Source: Candidatus Latescibacterota bacterium
GTDB taxonomy: Bacteria > Latescibacterota > UBA2968
Direction: 5' to 3'
NCBI GenBank assembly: GCA_038279365.1
Contig: JAYODI010000003.1
Location: forward strand, 2,404 to 38,022
DNA: 35,619 nucleotides
The stretch's first letter is position 1; every line of letters starts with the position of its first letter. The translations under genes and the position numbers were made by a program. The notes under the pieces are model-generated. The model was not told the origin of the DNA and made no database searches. It saw only the letters and a list, made by a program, of their open reading frames with translations. Shown one piece after another: positions 1 through 8,542 of this stretch.

Positions 1-185
1 ATGATGTTGTTGACGCCCAATGCTTTAAATTTTTCGAGGGCTTCGCGTTTGGCCCCTTCGCCAATGGCCAACATGGCAATGACAGCAGCCACACCAAAAA
101 TGACACCGAGCATGGTGAGAATGGAGCGCAAACGATGTTGCGACAGGCCCTCAAGGCCCATGCGCATGAGTTCGGCGCGATCCAT
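1..185 (-). CDS. MacB/FtsX-family ABC transporter permease, N-terminus (runs off the window edge)
   Basis: Not in the ORF track; translated by hand from ATG at 185: MDRAELMRMGLEGLSQHRLRSILTMLGVIFGVAAVIAMLAIGEGAKREALEKFKALGVNNII. This is the classic MacB TM1 signature (RSxLTMLGxxxGVAAVIAMLAIGxG). Its start overlaps the upstream stop (TAATG). No N-terminal NBD. Confidence 0.93.
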   Translation of the reverse strand, partial: MDRAELMRMGLEGLSQHRLRSILTMLGVIFGVAAVIAMLAIGEGAKREALEKFKALGVNNI

Positions 186-1354
186 TAGGTGGCCCCTCCA
201 AGCACAACCTGAGCACCGGGTTTGATGTCACCTTTGATGACCACATGATTCGCATTTCGTGGGCCAAGCGATACGGGCACGGGTGTCACGCCCCACATGT
301 TTTTGACATAAACCACATATTGGTTGTCTTTTTTTTGTATGCAGTCGTTGTTGACAAAAAGAGCGTTGTCAAAATCTGCAATAAGAAATTCGCAACTGAC
401 TGTCATACCTGGGCGCAACAAGTCGTGCGATTCTTTGAGCATGATTTCGACATCAAAAACTTTGCTCTTATCGTTTCTGTCTTTTTGACGCGAAATACGA
501 CTGATTTCGACTATTTGGCCTTCAAAAATAAATTTGGGAAAGGCATCGAGTTTTACCGTCACTTTTTGGTTTTTGTTGATTTTGTTAATGTCTGTTTCAT
601 TGATGGTGGTGTGGGCTTTCATGCTGCTTAAATCGGGAAGCCCCACAATGGGTGCGCCACTCCAGAGTTGATCTCCTATGGCCACCTTTTGGCGGGTTCG
701 TCCATTGTGACGGTATTCGATAATGCCGGGTGAAGAGGCGCGTAGGGTAAAGATTTCGAGTGTTCGGTTGGCATTGTCAATGTTGGATTCTATTTTTTGA
801 ATTTTGGCCAACTGTATGCTGAGTTCCTCGGCTTGTTGAATGCGCAGGCTTTCAAGCTGGCCTTGAAGTTTTTGAAGGGTGAGTTGTTTGGTTTTAAATT
901 CGAGAGTTTTGATGGTTTTGCTGGTTTGCGATTCAAAACGCACGCGTTGTTGGTTGATTTCGGCACGTGTAAGGGCAGATTGGGCACTTTGTATTTTGTT
1001 TAGAAGTTCTTTGGTTTTGCTGTCTTGCTGAATATTTAAGGTGTTGAGGTTGGCTTGTTCTATGGCCAGGGTGTTTTCTAAGCGACCACGTTCGGCAATG
1101 ACACCTGAAGGTTCAATTTCGCCCACCACACTTCCTTTTTGAACACGTGTGCCTTCGGGTTCAAGGTGTGATATTTTGGGGCGACCATATCGCCAAACGG
1201 CAGGCATAGAAATAATGGTATATTGCGCGGCTTGCAATTCACCTGTTTCTGTAAGTGTGGTCTTAAATTCACCTTGTTTGACGGTGGTATATGCGTTGTT
1301 GTCATCTGCACACGCACATAAAAAAATCAACAAAAGTAGGATGTTTTTTTTCAT
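185..1354 (-). CDS. MacA/HlyD-family periplasmic adaptor (membrane fusion protein), probable lipoprotein
   Basis: Signal with Cys (LLIFLCAC), lipoyl half motif EPEGTRVQKG, long coiled coil, RASSPGII, LPDLSSM, INETDI, LDAFP, LRPGMT, C-terminal membrane-proximal domain. Confidence 0.92.
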   Translation of the reverse strand: MKKNILLLLIFLCACADDNNAYTTVKQGEFKTTLTETGELQAAQYTIISMPAVWRYGRPKISHLEPEGTRVQKGSVVGEIEPSGVIAERGRLENTLAIEQANLNTLNIQQDSKTKELLNKIQSAQSALTRAEINQQRVRFESQTSKTIKTLEFKTKQLTLQKLQGQLESLRIQQAEELSIQLAKIQKIESNIDNANRTLEIFTLRASSPGIIEYRHNGRTRQKVAIGDQLWSGAPIVGLPDLSSMKAHTTINETDINKINKNQKVTVKLDAFPKFIFEGQIVEISRISRQKDRNDKSKVFDVEIMLKESHDLLRPGMTVSCEFLIADFDNALFVNNDCIQKKDNQYVVYVKNMWGVTPVPVSLGPRNANHVVIKGDIKPGAQVVLGGAT

Positions 1355-2568
1355 TGTGGGCTGCCTGTGGAGACCTGTTGGGTGGCGATGGTGGGGTTGG
1401 CAAGTGCGATGACATCACCAGAGCTAAGTCCTTCTTTAATGACCACGTGGGTATCGTTTTCGTCGCCAAGTGTGACGGGTTGAACAACAAACCCACTGCC
1501 CTTTTGGAGATAAACAATGGTTTTGTTGTCTTGCTCAAAGAGGGCTGCAATGGGAATGGCAATGACATTGGTCAATTCGTTGACGATGATGTCACAACTG
1601 ATGGTGAGCCCAGGCAAAAGGCGTTCGTCTTGGCCGTCTATGAGGACAACAACATCAAAAACTTTTACTTTTTCTTCGTTAGATTTGTTGTGTGCCAAGG
1701 TGGCTATTTCGATTATTTTGCCTGTAAAAGTGGTATCTTGGTAGGCATCGAGGGTGATGAGGGTTTTTTGGCCCAATGTGATTTTGGCAATATCAATTTC
1801 ATTAATTTGAACTTGGGCCTTCATTTCACTTAAATCTGGCAGACCAATCAGTGGGTTGCCCGGCCAGGTTTGGTCATCTACTTGGAATTTGTTGCGGGTG
1901 TAATTGTTTCGGCGAATGATGGAAATGCCAGGGGCTGGGGCGGTAACGGTGAGCATGGCAAGTGTGTTTTGGGCTTCGTCCAATTTGGCTTGTTCTTGCT
2001 TGACGCGCAGCTCAAGTTTGCTGATTTCTTCGTGTTGAATGTTTTTTTGGTTTTCAAGTTCTTGTTCGACTCTGTTAAGATTAATTGCTGCTTCTTCGAG
2101 GCTGAACTCGTCTTGTTTGCGGTCAATTTCGGCTTTGAATGAAGCTTGTTCGAGTTTGAGCGTTGTGATTTGATGGGTAATGCGTGCAATTTCCAGGTCT
2201 ATTTCTTTTGATTCGATATCCGATTTGTTTTTGGCTTGTGTTTTTCGCAATTCTGATTCGGCAATTTCCAAATTAGATTTGGCTTCATTGAGGGCTTTTT
2301 CGACTTCGCTTTTGTCAAATTGCACCAATAAGTCGTTTTCCTTAACGGGGGTACCATCATCTACGAGTTTGACGATTTTTAAATCGCCAAATCGCCAACT
2401 GATGGGGGGGGCCGAAATAAGTTTTGAGCGTACTGCTTCGAGCTCGCCGGTGACAGTGACCCGATTGAGAAAGTTGCCATTTGAAACAGTGTGTGTTTCT
2501 ACGGAAGTATTGGTTGTGGCACCGCAGGCGATAAACACACTTAAAAATATGTAAAACAGGCGATGCAT
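1351..2568 (-). CDS. MacA/HlyD-family periplasmic adaptor, probable lipoprotein
   Basis: Lipobox-like FIAC, DGTPVKEND, coiled coil, TAPAPG, LPDLSEM, INEIDI, LLPGLT, GLSSGD. ATGA overlap with the next gene. Confidence 0.92.
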   Translation of the reverse strand: MHRLFYIFLSVFIACGATTNTSVETHTVSNGNFLNRVTVTGELEAVRSKLISAPPISWRFGDLKIVKLVDDGTPVKENDLLVQFDKSEVEKALNEAKSNLEIAESELRKTQAKNKSDIESKEIDLEIARITHQITTLKLEQASFKAEIDRKQDEFSLEEAAINLNRVEQELENQKNIQHEEISKLELRVKQEQAKLDEAQNTLAMLTVTAPAPGISIIRRNNYTRNKFQVDDQTWPGNPLIGLPDLSEMKAQVQINEIDIAKITLGQKTLITLDAYQDTTFTGKIIEIATLAHNKSNEEKVKVFDVVVLIDGQDERLLPGLTISCDIIVNELTNVIAIPIAALFEQDNKTIVYLQKGSGFVVQPVTLGDENDTHVVIKEGLSSGDVIALANPTIATQQVSTGSPQ

Positions 2569-2585
2569 AACGACTCCAAAAAGGG

Positions 2586-3800
2586 TTAAGGATCTGTTTT
2601 GGGTGCATGTAAAGCCAATTGGGCACCTGCTTCAAGGTTGCCTTTGATGATGGCGTAGTTGGCGTTTTGATTTTCAAGCGTGACTGAACGGGGTTCAAAG
2701 CGATTGCCTGTTTGCACATAAACCACTTGCAGACTGTCTTGTTGAAAAATGCATTCTAATGGTGCAACGAGGCCTTCGGGGTGTTCGTCTACAGTAATGT
2801 GTACTTGAGTAGATAAACCAGGTATAAAATCTGATCGGGTGGTATCCAGTTCGACAACAACTTCTACTTGTTTGACTTTGGAGTTTTTCTGAATGGGTTG
2901 GGCGCGTTTGGCGACACTGGTAATTTTTCCTGTGACGTGTGCATTTTCTAAAGAAGATATATTGATTTTGGCCAATTGCCCCTTTTTGAGTTTTTGAGCC
3001 TGAATTTCGCCTACTTGAAGTTTGACCTGCATCACGGACAAATCTGGCAATTTGGCAATAAGCTCCCCGGGGTACATGGTATCGCCTTCTTGTGGTTTTT
3101 TTCCTCTCCATCGGTTATATTCGTGCACAACCACGCCATTGGTTGGCGCTTTGATAACGAGAGTTTCTAAGGCCTCTTCGGCTTGCTTGAGCTTGCGGGT
3201 GGCTTGTTGGATTTTGATTTGGACATGGGCACGTTCTTCTTTTTGTATGCCCTCAATGGCGGCGAGGCGTTTGCTGATTTTTTTTACGCGCAGTTCATTG
3301 CTTTGCATTTCAAGGCGTGTGATTTCTCTTAGGCGAGGGGCAATAAACTCGAGTTTGGCCAATTGGAGGCGCGAAATGGCTGCCGCTGCTTTGGCACTTT
3401 CCATATCGGCTTCGAGAATGAGGCGTTCGGCGGTGAGCTCGGCTTCTTTTTTTTCAGCGTCCGATTGGGCAATTTCTAAAGAACTGAGTGCATTGAGGCG
3501 GTCATTTTCAAAAGATTGCGGATCTAATTTGATGACGATGTCGTCTTTTTTTACCTTTTTCCCTTCGGGGGCCAAATAAATAATGGCAATTTGTCGCCAA
3601 TCTCTTGTTCGGGGCGTCATGAGGGCTTGCGAGTTTTTGGCTTCGAGAGGGCCTTCGGCATCTACGGTAATGGCAAAAGGTTTTTGGATGAGGGTATATG
3701 TGGGAATAGCATTTTGAGATGACCCGAAGGAACAGGCCATTTGTGAGAAACACAAGAGGTAAAAAAAGAGAGGGGAAATGCGCGGTGACAATAACAACAT
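2586..3800 (-). CDS. MacA/HlyD-family periplasmic adaptor
   Basis: APEGKKVKKDD, coiled coil, KAPTNGVV, LPDLSVM, FIPGLS. First gene of the cluster. Confidence 0.9.
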   Translation of the reverse strand: MLLLSPRISPLFFYLLCFSQMACSFGSSQNAIPTYTLIQKPFAITVDAEGPLEAKNSQALMTPRTRDWRQIAIIYLAPEGKKVKKDDIVIKLDPQSFENDRLNALSSLEIAQSDAEKKEAELTAERLILEADMESAKAAAAISRLQLAKLEFIAPRLREITRLEMQSNELRVKKISKRLAAIEGIQKEERAHVQIKIQQATRKLKQAEEALETLVIKAPTNGVVVHEYNRWRGKKPQEGDTMYPGELIAKLPDLSVMQVKLQVGEIQAQKLKKGQLAKINISSLENAHVTGKITSVAKRAQPIQKNSKVKQVEVVVELDTTRSDFIPGLSTQVHITVDEHPEGLVAPLECIFQQDSLQVVYVQTGNRFEPRSVTLENQNANYAIIKGNLEAGAQLALHAPKTDP

Positions 3801-3982
3801 GGGATTGGGATTCCTATGGGAAGAGGTTTTTATAGGCCCAAAAAATTGTCTCTCTTAAAGAAAGATAGGTATTATCGAATTTTAAATGTACCAAATGCGG
3901 TTTCGTTCCAAATTTTATCTATATTCTTAGACGCAGTGCAAACAAGAAGGTTACACGATTGTATAAAATAATGAATGGCGAT

Positions 3983-4492
3983 ATGAAATCAAGAATTTCT
4001 ATTTGGGGGTTTTTAATGGTTTTGGGGTTTGGCGGGTGTATGTTGCCCGACCCTATTCCTGAGGCACCTCAGCCTGTATATGACAGACCTCGTTTTGAAG
4101 ACTTTCCAGCTCATAAGATTTATAAGAGCAAACCACGCCCAGTAAACTTAGTGAGTCACCCACGCGCCTTGCGGTTTGAAGGGCGATTGGTTGAAGGGGC
4201 AAAGATGGGCCCCAATTATGCGGGAAATCAAACAATTATACGATGGGCTTGTGGCGAAGAGTGCCAACAATTTGCGGTAATTGATGCGATGACAGGCAGT
4301 GTGATCTTCGCACCTTTTGTTACGCATTTGGGCGTGCGGTTTCAGTTGGACAGTCGTTTGTTTATCGTCAATCCACCTGAAGCAGTTGATCGGGCAGCGC
4401 GTGAGGGCAAACCGAAATCGTATTATCGCACGGTTTATTATGTGTGGCACTTTGGGCGGTTTGTCGAGGTTTTTTCGGAAAATTATGAATAA
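3983..4492 (+). CDS. Conserved hypothetical lipoprotein
   Basis: MKSRISIWGFLMVLGFGGC lipoprotein-like signal; motifs PRFEDFPA, GPNYAG..W.CGEEC and FQLDSRLFIVNP. ATG at 3971 is an alternative start. Confidence 0.75.
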   Translation: MKSRISIWGFLMVLGFGGCMLPDPIPEAPQPVYDRPRFEDFPAHKIYKSKPRPVNLVSHPRALRFEGRLVEGAKMGPNYAGNQTIIRWACGEECQQFAVIDAMTGSVIFAPFVTHLGVRFQLDSRLFIVNPPEAVDRAAREGKPKSYYRTVYYVWHFGRFVEVFSENYE

Positions 4493-4507
4493 TGGTTTTT
4501 AAGTTTC

Positions 4508-5224
4508 TTAGAGGCGATGTGTTTCACTTCGTCCATCGGCAGTGTTGACTATCCATTGAAGATGGTCTTTGTGGCCTTTAAGAATGGGGATGGCTAAGGG
4601 TGTGAGGGCATGTTTTTGTAAATGGGTTTGCAATGTTTTGAGGCGTGCATTGACGGTTTGGGCAATAAGCAAAACGCCTTTAGAATCGTTTTGGATGTGT
4701 TGCTGGGGCAAAAGGTCTGCGCGTGCAATGAGGTGCTGGGCAATAAGATGACGCGATAAGGTTTCTGCCTCTGTTTGAGAGGGCATAGACAGGGCAACCA
4801 CATAAGGCGCATTTTTTTGGGCATCATGGACATCTGTGATGTTTTTATTTTGGGGGCCATTCTTTTTTTCGTCGTATTTTTTGAGTATAACCTGCAATAT
4901 GAGCAAGGTCACACAAATGCCCAAGCCGATGAAAAAAATGTTTTTGATTTTTGTTACGATAGATGTTTTTGTGAGCGTGTCGTTTTGGGATAGATTTTGT
5001 GACTCCGGTTGCGAAATAGCATAGGTTGCCGATAGGTGATCGGCTATGCGTCGGACCTGCTGTTCCATTTGGGGGGAGACACGGCTGTTGGGGTCTGTGA
5101 GTGCCAGATCTGTTGTGTTGGCAATAAGTTTGCGGGCCACATTGGCAATTTGTGTTTGTTGGTCTTGTGCAGATAAACTTGTGCAGAAGAACGTGACCAA
5201 CAGTGCTGTGAGAAAATATTTCAT
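4508..5224 (-). CDS. Membrane protein: signal peptide, helical exported domain, TM helix, degenerate CutA-like C-terminal domain
   Basis: Start moved to ATG 5224 (taaggccacc-ATG; MKYFLTALLVTFFCTSLSA signal). TM IFFIGLGICVTLLILQVIL followed by KKYDEKK. C-terminus VVALSMPSQTEAETLSRHLIAQHL..VLLIAQT..LAIPILKGHKDHLQWI follows the CutA pattern. Confidence 0.75.
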   Translation of the reverse strand: MKYFLTALLVTFFCTSLSAQDQQTQIANVARKLIANTTDLALTDPNSRVSPQMEQQVRRIADHLSATYAISQPESQNLSQNDTLTKTSIVTKIKNIFFIGLGICVTLLILQVILKKYDEKKNGPQNKNITDVHDAQKNAPYVVALSMPSQTEAETLSRHLIAQHLIARADLLPQQHIQNDSKGVLLIAQTVNARLKTLQTHLQKHALTPLAIPILKGHKDHLQWIVNTADGRSETHRL

Positions 5225-5231
5225 GGTGGCC

Positions 5232-5897
5232 TTATGGAATAATGGAGCGTGAGAGGGCAATAATTTCGGGAGCACCAATATCAGCGGTTTCTGTTTGCGT
5301 GATGATGTTTGGTAGATGTTGGTTGGTGGTTTTGAGCATGAGCATGGCTTCAGGCGTGACATAGGCTTTGTCGTCTTTTCGATAAAGCGATTGTAACGTG
5401 GGCGTGACGCTCCCTCCTGTGGCCCAATTTTGATCGATGATTTGTTTGCCCAAAGCAAGGGCTTGTTCGGTGGTGCTTGTGGTGATCATAACGCCAATGG
5501 GTGTATTGGGGCTTTCTAATTTGGTACCTCGACCAATTGCCTTGATAATGGCGCGTAAGACCAATAAGGCAACTATAATGGCAATGCCTTTGGATACATT
5601 GAGAACGATGGTTTTGACGAGGTTTTTGTTTTCTTGCCGTGTGTGGTTGATTTGGTTTTGCTCTGCTTGAACCACGTTGGCTTCTTGGATAAGTTGTTGA
5701 GAAATTTGTGTGATGAGTGTTTCTTGCTCTGGTGTGAGTGTTTCTTGGTTTGGCCCCACAATGCCTTTGGTGACATGGCGCACAATGCGGGTGATGCTGG
5801 CCACTTGGTCTTCGTTTATTTTGGGGGAGGCGGTTTCTTGTGCGTGCAGTGGTTGGATGTTGAGTGTGGATAAGAAGATGAGAATGAGGAAGGGCAT
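5232..5897 (-). CDS. Membrane protein: signal peptide, helical exported domain, TM helix, CutA-like C-terminal domain
   Basis: Start moved to ATG 5897 (AGGA RBS; MPFLILIFLSTLNIQPLHA). TM GIAIIVALLVLRAII. C-terminus VMITTSTTEQALALGKQII..LQSLYRKDD..EAMLMLKTT..PEIIAL matches CutA. Confidence 0.8.
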   Translation of the reverse strand: MPFLILIFLSTLNIQPLHAQETASPKINEDQVASITRIVRHVTKGIVGPNQETLTPEQETLITQISQQLIQEANVVQAEQNQINHTRQENKNLVKTIVLNVSKGIAIIVALLVLRAIIKAIGRGTKLESPNTPIGVMITTSTTEQALALGKQIIDQNWATGGSVTPTLQSLYRKDDKAYVTPEAMLMLKTTNQHLPNIITQTETADIGAPEIIALSRSIIP

Positions 5898-5952
5898 GAG
5901 ATGTGTTCCTTCTGGATGTGCGATATTTTTCATGTCAATGAGGTATATGGAC

Positions 5953-5981
5953 AATATATTTCTGTTGGCTTGGTTTTGCAA
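5953..5981 (-). promoter_or_regulatory. Putative sigma70-type promoter for the CutA-like pair
   Basis: Minus strand TTGCAA-17 bp-TATATT, about 55 nt upstream of ATG 5897. Confidence 0.45.
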
Positions 5982-6005
5982 GGTCGTTCATAAGGTGGGT
6001 TTGTT

Positions 6006-7091
6006 TTGGAAACATTAGGGTTAGATATTGACAAGTTAAACTTAGCAGAGCAAGTGTTGGCAGGTCACATTGCCCAAAAAACGACACCCGGTGCCGTGGG
6101 ATTGGTTGTGCGTCGTGCTGGTGTGGCTATGCGTTGGGCCGTTGGGAAACATACGTATGACTTGAATGCACCCCCTGTTTTGTTGCAGGATATCTTTGAT
6201 TTGGCATCTGTGACCAAAACGGTTGTGACAACGACACTGTGTGCTATGTTTGTCGATTTGGGCAAGTTGGATTTGGATGCACCCGTACAGCAGTATGTGC
6301 CAAGGTTTTTAGGAGATGGAAAAGCCCAAGTGACCGCACGATATTTGTTGGCCCATTGTGGTGGGTTGCCCGCACATGTGCATTTATACAAACAATATGC
6401 TGGGCGCGATGCTATTTTAAATGCGGTATGTGATTTGGAATTGGCCTATCAACCAGGGATGGAGACGGCTTATAGTGACATGGGGTTTTTGTTGTTGGGG
6501 ATGGTCTTGGAAACCATAGGTGGGGAGCGCTTAGATATATTGGCACAGAAACTTGTCTTTGATCCTTTAAACATGAGCGATGCGTGTTATTGCCCCAGTG
6601 TGGATCTAAAGCCTCGCATTTTGCCAACAGAGACAAAAACGAATTTGCGAAATGGGTTGGTGTGGGGAGAGGTCCACGACGAAAATGCCGCCGCAATGGG
6701 GGGAATTGCTTCACATGCGGGTGTATTTGCCACTGCAGATGATTTGGCAAGGCTGTTGCAGATGTGGCTGTGTGGTGGGGTGTTTGACGGAAGGTGTATT
6801 TTATCTGAGGCGGTTGTGGCGAAATTTACGCAGCGCGCACATTTGGCACCAAACAGTACGTGGGCGTTGGGGTGGGATACGGTATCGGCAGGAGGCAGTT
6901 CAACTGGGCGTTATTTTTCGGAACGATCTTTTGGTTCATTGGGTTTTACGGGTACGTCTATCTGGGCAGATCCCGACCGCGATTTGGGTGTGGTGTTGCT
7001 TACCAATCGGGTGCATCCGACACGTGATAATTGGCAGATTAAAGCGCTACGTCCCGAATTTCACAATGCCGTGTCTGAAGCTTTGGTTTGA
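6006..7091 (+). CDS. Beta-lactamase-fold serine hydrolase (class C-like / AmiE-like esterase-amidase), no signal peptide
   Basis: FDLASVTK (SxxK), LLAHCGGLP, YSDMG, GEVHDENA, HAGVF, GFTGTSIWADP, LLTNRVHP. TTG start uncertain. Confidence 0.9.
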   Translation: METLGLDIDKLNLAEQVLAGHIAQKTTPGAVGLVVRRAGVAMRWAVGKHTYDLNAPPVLLQDIFDLASVTKTVVTTTLCAMFVDLGKLDLDAPVQQYVPRFLGDGKAQVTARYLLAHCGGLPAHVHLYKQYAGRDAILNAVCDLELAYQPGMETAYSDMGFLLLGMVLETIGGERLDILAQKLVFDPLNMSDACYCPSVDLKPRILPTETKTNLRNGLVWGEVHDENAAAMGGIASHAGVFATADDLARLLQMWLCGGVFDGRCILSEAVVAKFTQRAHLAPNSTWALGWDTVSAGGSSTGRYFSERSFGSLGFTGTSIWADPDRDLGVVLLTNRVHPTRDNWQIKALRPEFHNAVSEALV

Positions 7092-7147
7092 TGATAGATG
7101 GCTTTTATTGTGAATTTTAAAATCAATTTTTGGGTGTTGTGCAAATC

Positions 7148-7861
7148 TCATTCGTCTTTACTGTGTTTTTCATGTGACGCATCAAAATCTACAATATTTG
7201 TTTCTCCCACATATGATTTTGCAATATATGTTTCTGCTTTTAACATTTTTTGTATGATGGTATGCACACGTTGACTGCTTTCAAAAATTAATTGCAGGTC
7301 ATCAATGATATCTGTGGGTAAGTCGGTGCGTTTAGAGAGTAACTCTGATAACCCCAAAATGGCTGTAAGGGGTTGGTTAATTTCATGGGCGACTGCACCT
7401 GCTGTTTCTATGAGAACTTTGTTGCGTTCGGTTTGAAGCAGTTGTTTTTGGAGGGCCTCAACTTGCAATTCGGCCAATTTGCGTTGGGTCATGTTGATGT
7501 GAGAAGTGATGGCCCCAATGATTTGGGTGGTGTGATTGATAAGCGGGGTCACATAAAGCCAAAACCAACGTTCTTCTGTAGGCGAATGACAAGGATATTC
7601 ATATGAATAATGTGACAGGTTGCCGTTGAGTACGGATCGAATGCCTGCCTCAATTTCTGTGCCTTTAATCGTATTAAAGTAATTTTCATTTAGGCCATAG
7701 TTTGGGTCTGGATAAGCATTGGCTTGAGCAAAGTTTTTCCATGCTTGGTTAACAAAGATAATTTTGCCAGAAAGGTTGATGATGGCAATGTGTTCGTATA
7801 ATGCATCTAAGACGGTTTCATCGGAGTGAGATGCAGTGCGCGTGTGTTGTAATGTGGTCAT
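7148..7861 (-). CDS. PAS-domain protein with histidine-kinase DHp (HisKA) domain but no HATPase domain
   Basis: PAS_4-like (IIFVNQAW..G.NY..EYPCHSPTEERWF), coiled linker, H-box AHEINQPL. Ends about 80 aa after the His with no N/G1/G2 boxes. Confidence 0.85.
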   Translation of the reverse strand: MTTLQHTRTASHSDETVLDALYEHIAIINLSGKIIFVNQAWKNFAQANAYPDPNYGLNENYFNTIKGTEIEAGIRSVLNGNLSHYSYEYPCHSPTEERWFWLYVTPLINHTTQIIGAITSHINMTQRKLAELQVEALQKQLLQTERNKVLIETAGAVAHEINQPLTAILGLSELLSKRTDLPTDIIDDLQLIFESSQRVHTIIQKMLKAETYIAKSYVGETNIVDFDASHEKHSKDE

Positions 7862-8023
7862 GTATTTGCCTTTGGTCTGGGTGTTTAGCTATAAAGATAC
7901 TGTAAGCGCATGGGGTTTGACAAGGTGTTACGCGTTTTTTAAATTAAAATTCTATTGGATATACGCATTTATTTAATAGTGGCTTGATGCGTTCGCGGTT
8001 TGCCATTTTGTGGGAGGGTGTAG

Positions 8024-8542
8024 ATGCTGTTTTTACATAGATTTGTAAAATTTGCAGATGGTGTAAATGAGCGTGTTGGACAGGGTGTGGCTTGGTTGAC
8101 AACGGTGTTGGTTGTGGTGGTCTGTTATGATGTGTTTACGCGCTATGTACTCCAAAACAGTATGGTGGCAGTACAAGAACTGGAATGGCATTTGTTTGCA
8201 TTCATTTTTTTGTTGGGGGCAGGATATTCGCTCAAATATGATAAACATGTGCGTGTGGATGTATTTTATACCCGATTTTCGCCACGTTTACAAGCTTGGG
8301 TAAATTTGATTGGGAGTGTTTTGTTTTTAATACCCTTTTGTGTATTGGTGGTTTGGAGTTCGCAAAACTTTGTGATGAATGCATTTCATTTTGGCGAGAC
8401 GTCACCGGACCCAGGTGGTTTGCCCGCGCGGTGGGTTTTAAAAGCGGCTATTCCAGTGGGCTTTTTCTTTTTGTTTCTTCAGGGGGTTGCTTTGGCCTGT
8501 CGGTCTGTGATATATATCGTGGGTGAGGAGGTAGACGTTTAA
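8024..8542 (+). CDS. dctQ: TRAP transporter small permease (DctQ family)
   Basis: Four TM segments, [24 protein letters not shown]; adjacent to the large subunit. Confidence 0.93.
   Translation: MLFLHRFVKFADGVNERVGQGVAWLTTVLVVVVCYDVFTRYVLQNSMVAVQELEWHLFAFIFLLGAGYSLKYDKHVRVDVFYTRFSPRLQAWVNLIGSVLFLIPFCVLVVWSSQNFVMNAFHFGETSPDPGGLPARWVLKAAIPVGFFFLFLQGVALACRSVIYIVGEEVDV

Noticed and set aside
1-225. 74-aa plus-strand ORF in the track
   Set aside because: Antisense shadow of the MacB-type permease on the minus strand.
5225-5458. N-terminal extension of the 316-aa ORF (4508..5458), suggesting a gene overlap or frameshift fusion of the two CutA genes
   Set aside because: ATG 5224 has an RBS and a clean signal peptide; the extension is just an open alternative frame over the upstream gene.
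6006-7091. Possible antibiotic-resistance beta-lactamase
   Set aside because: No signal peptide, and the motifs (YSD, VHDENA, LTNRVHP) fit the broad esterase/amidase branch, not AmpC.
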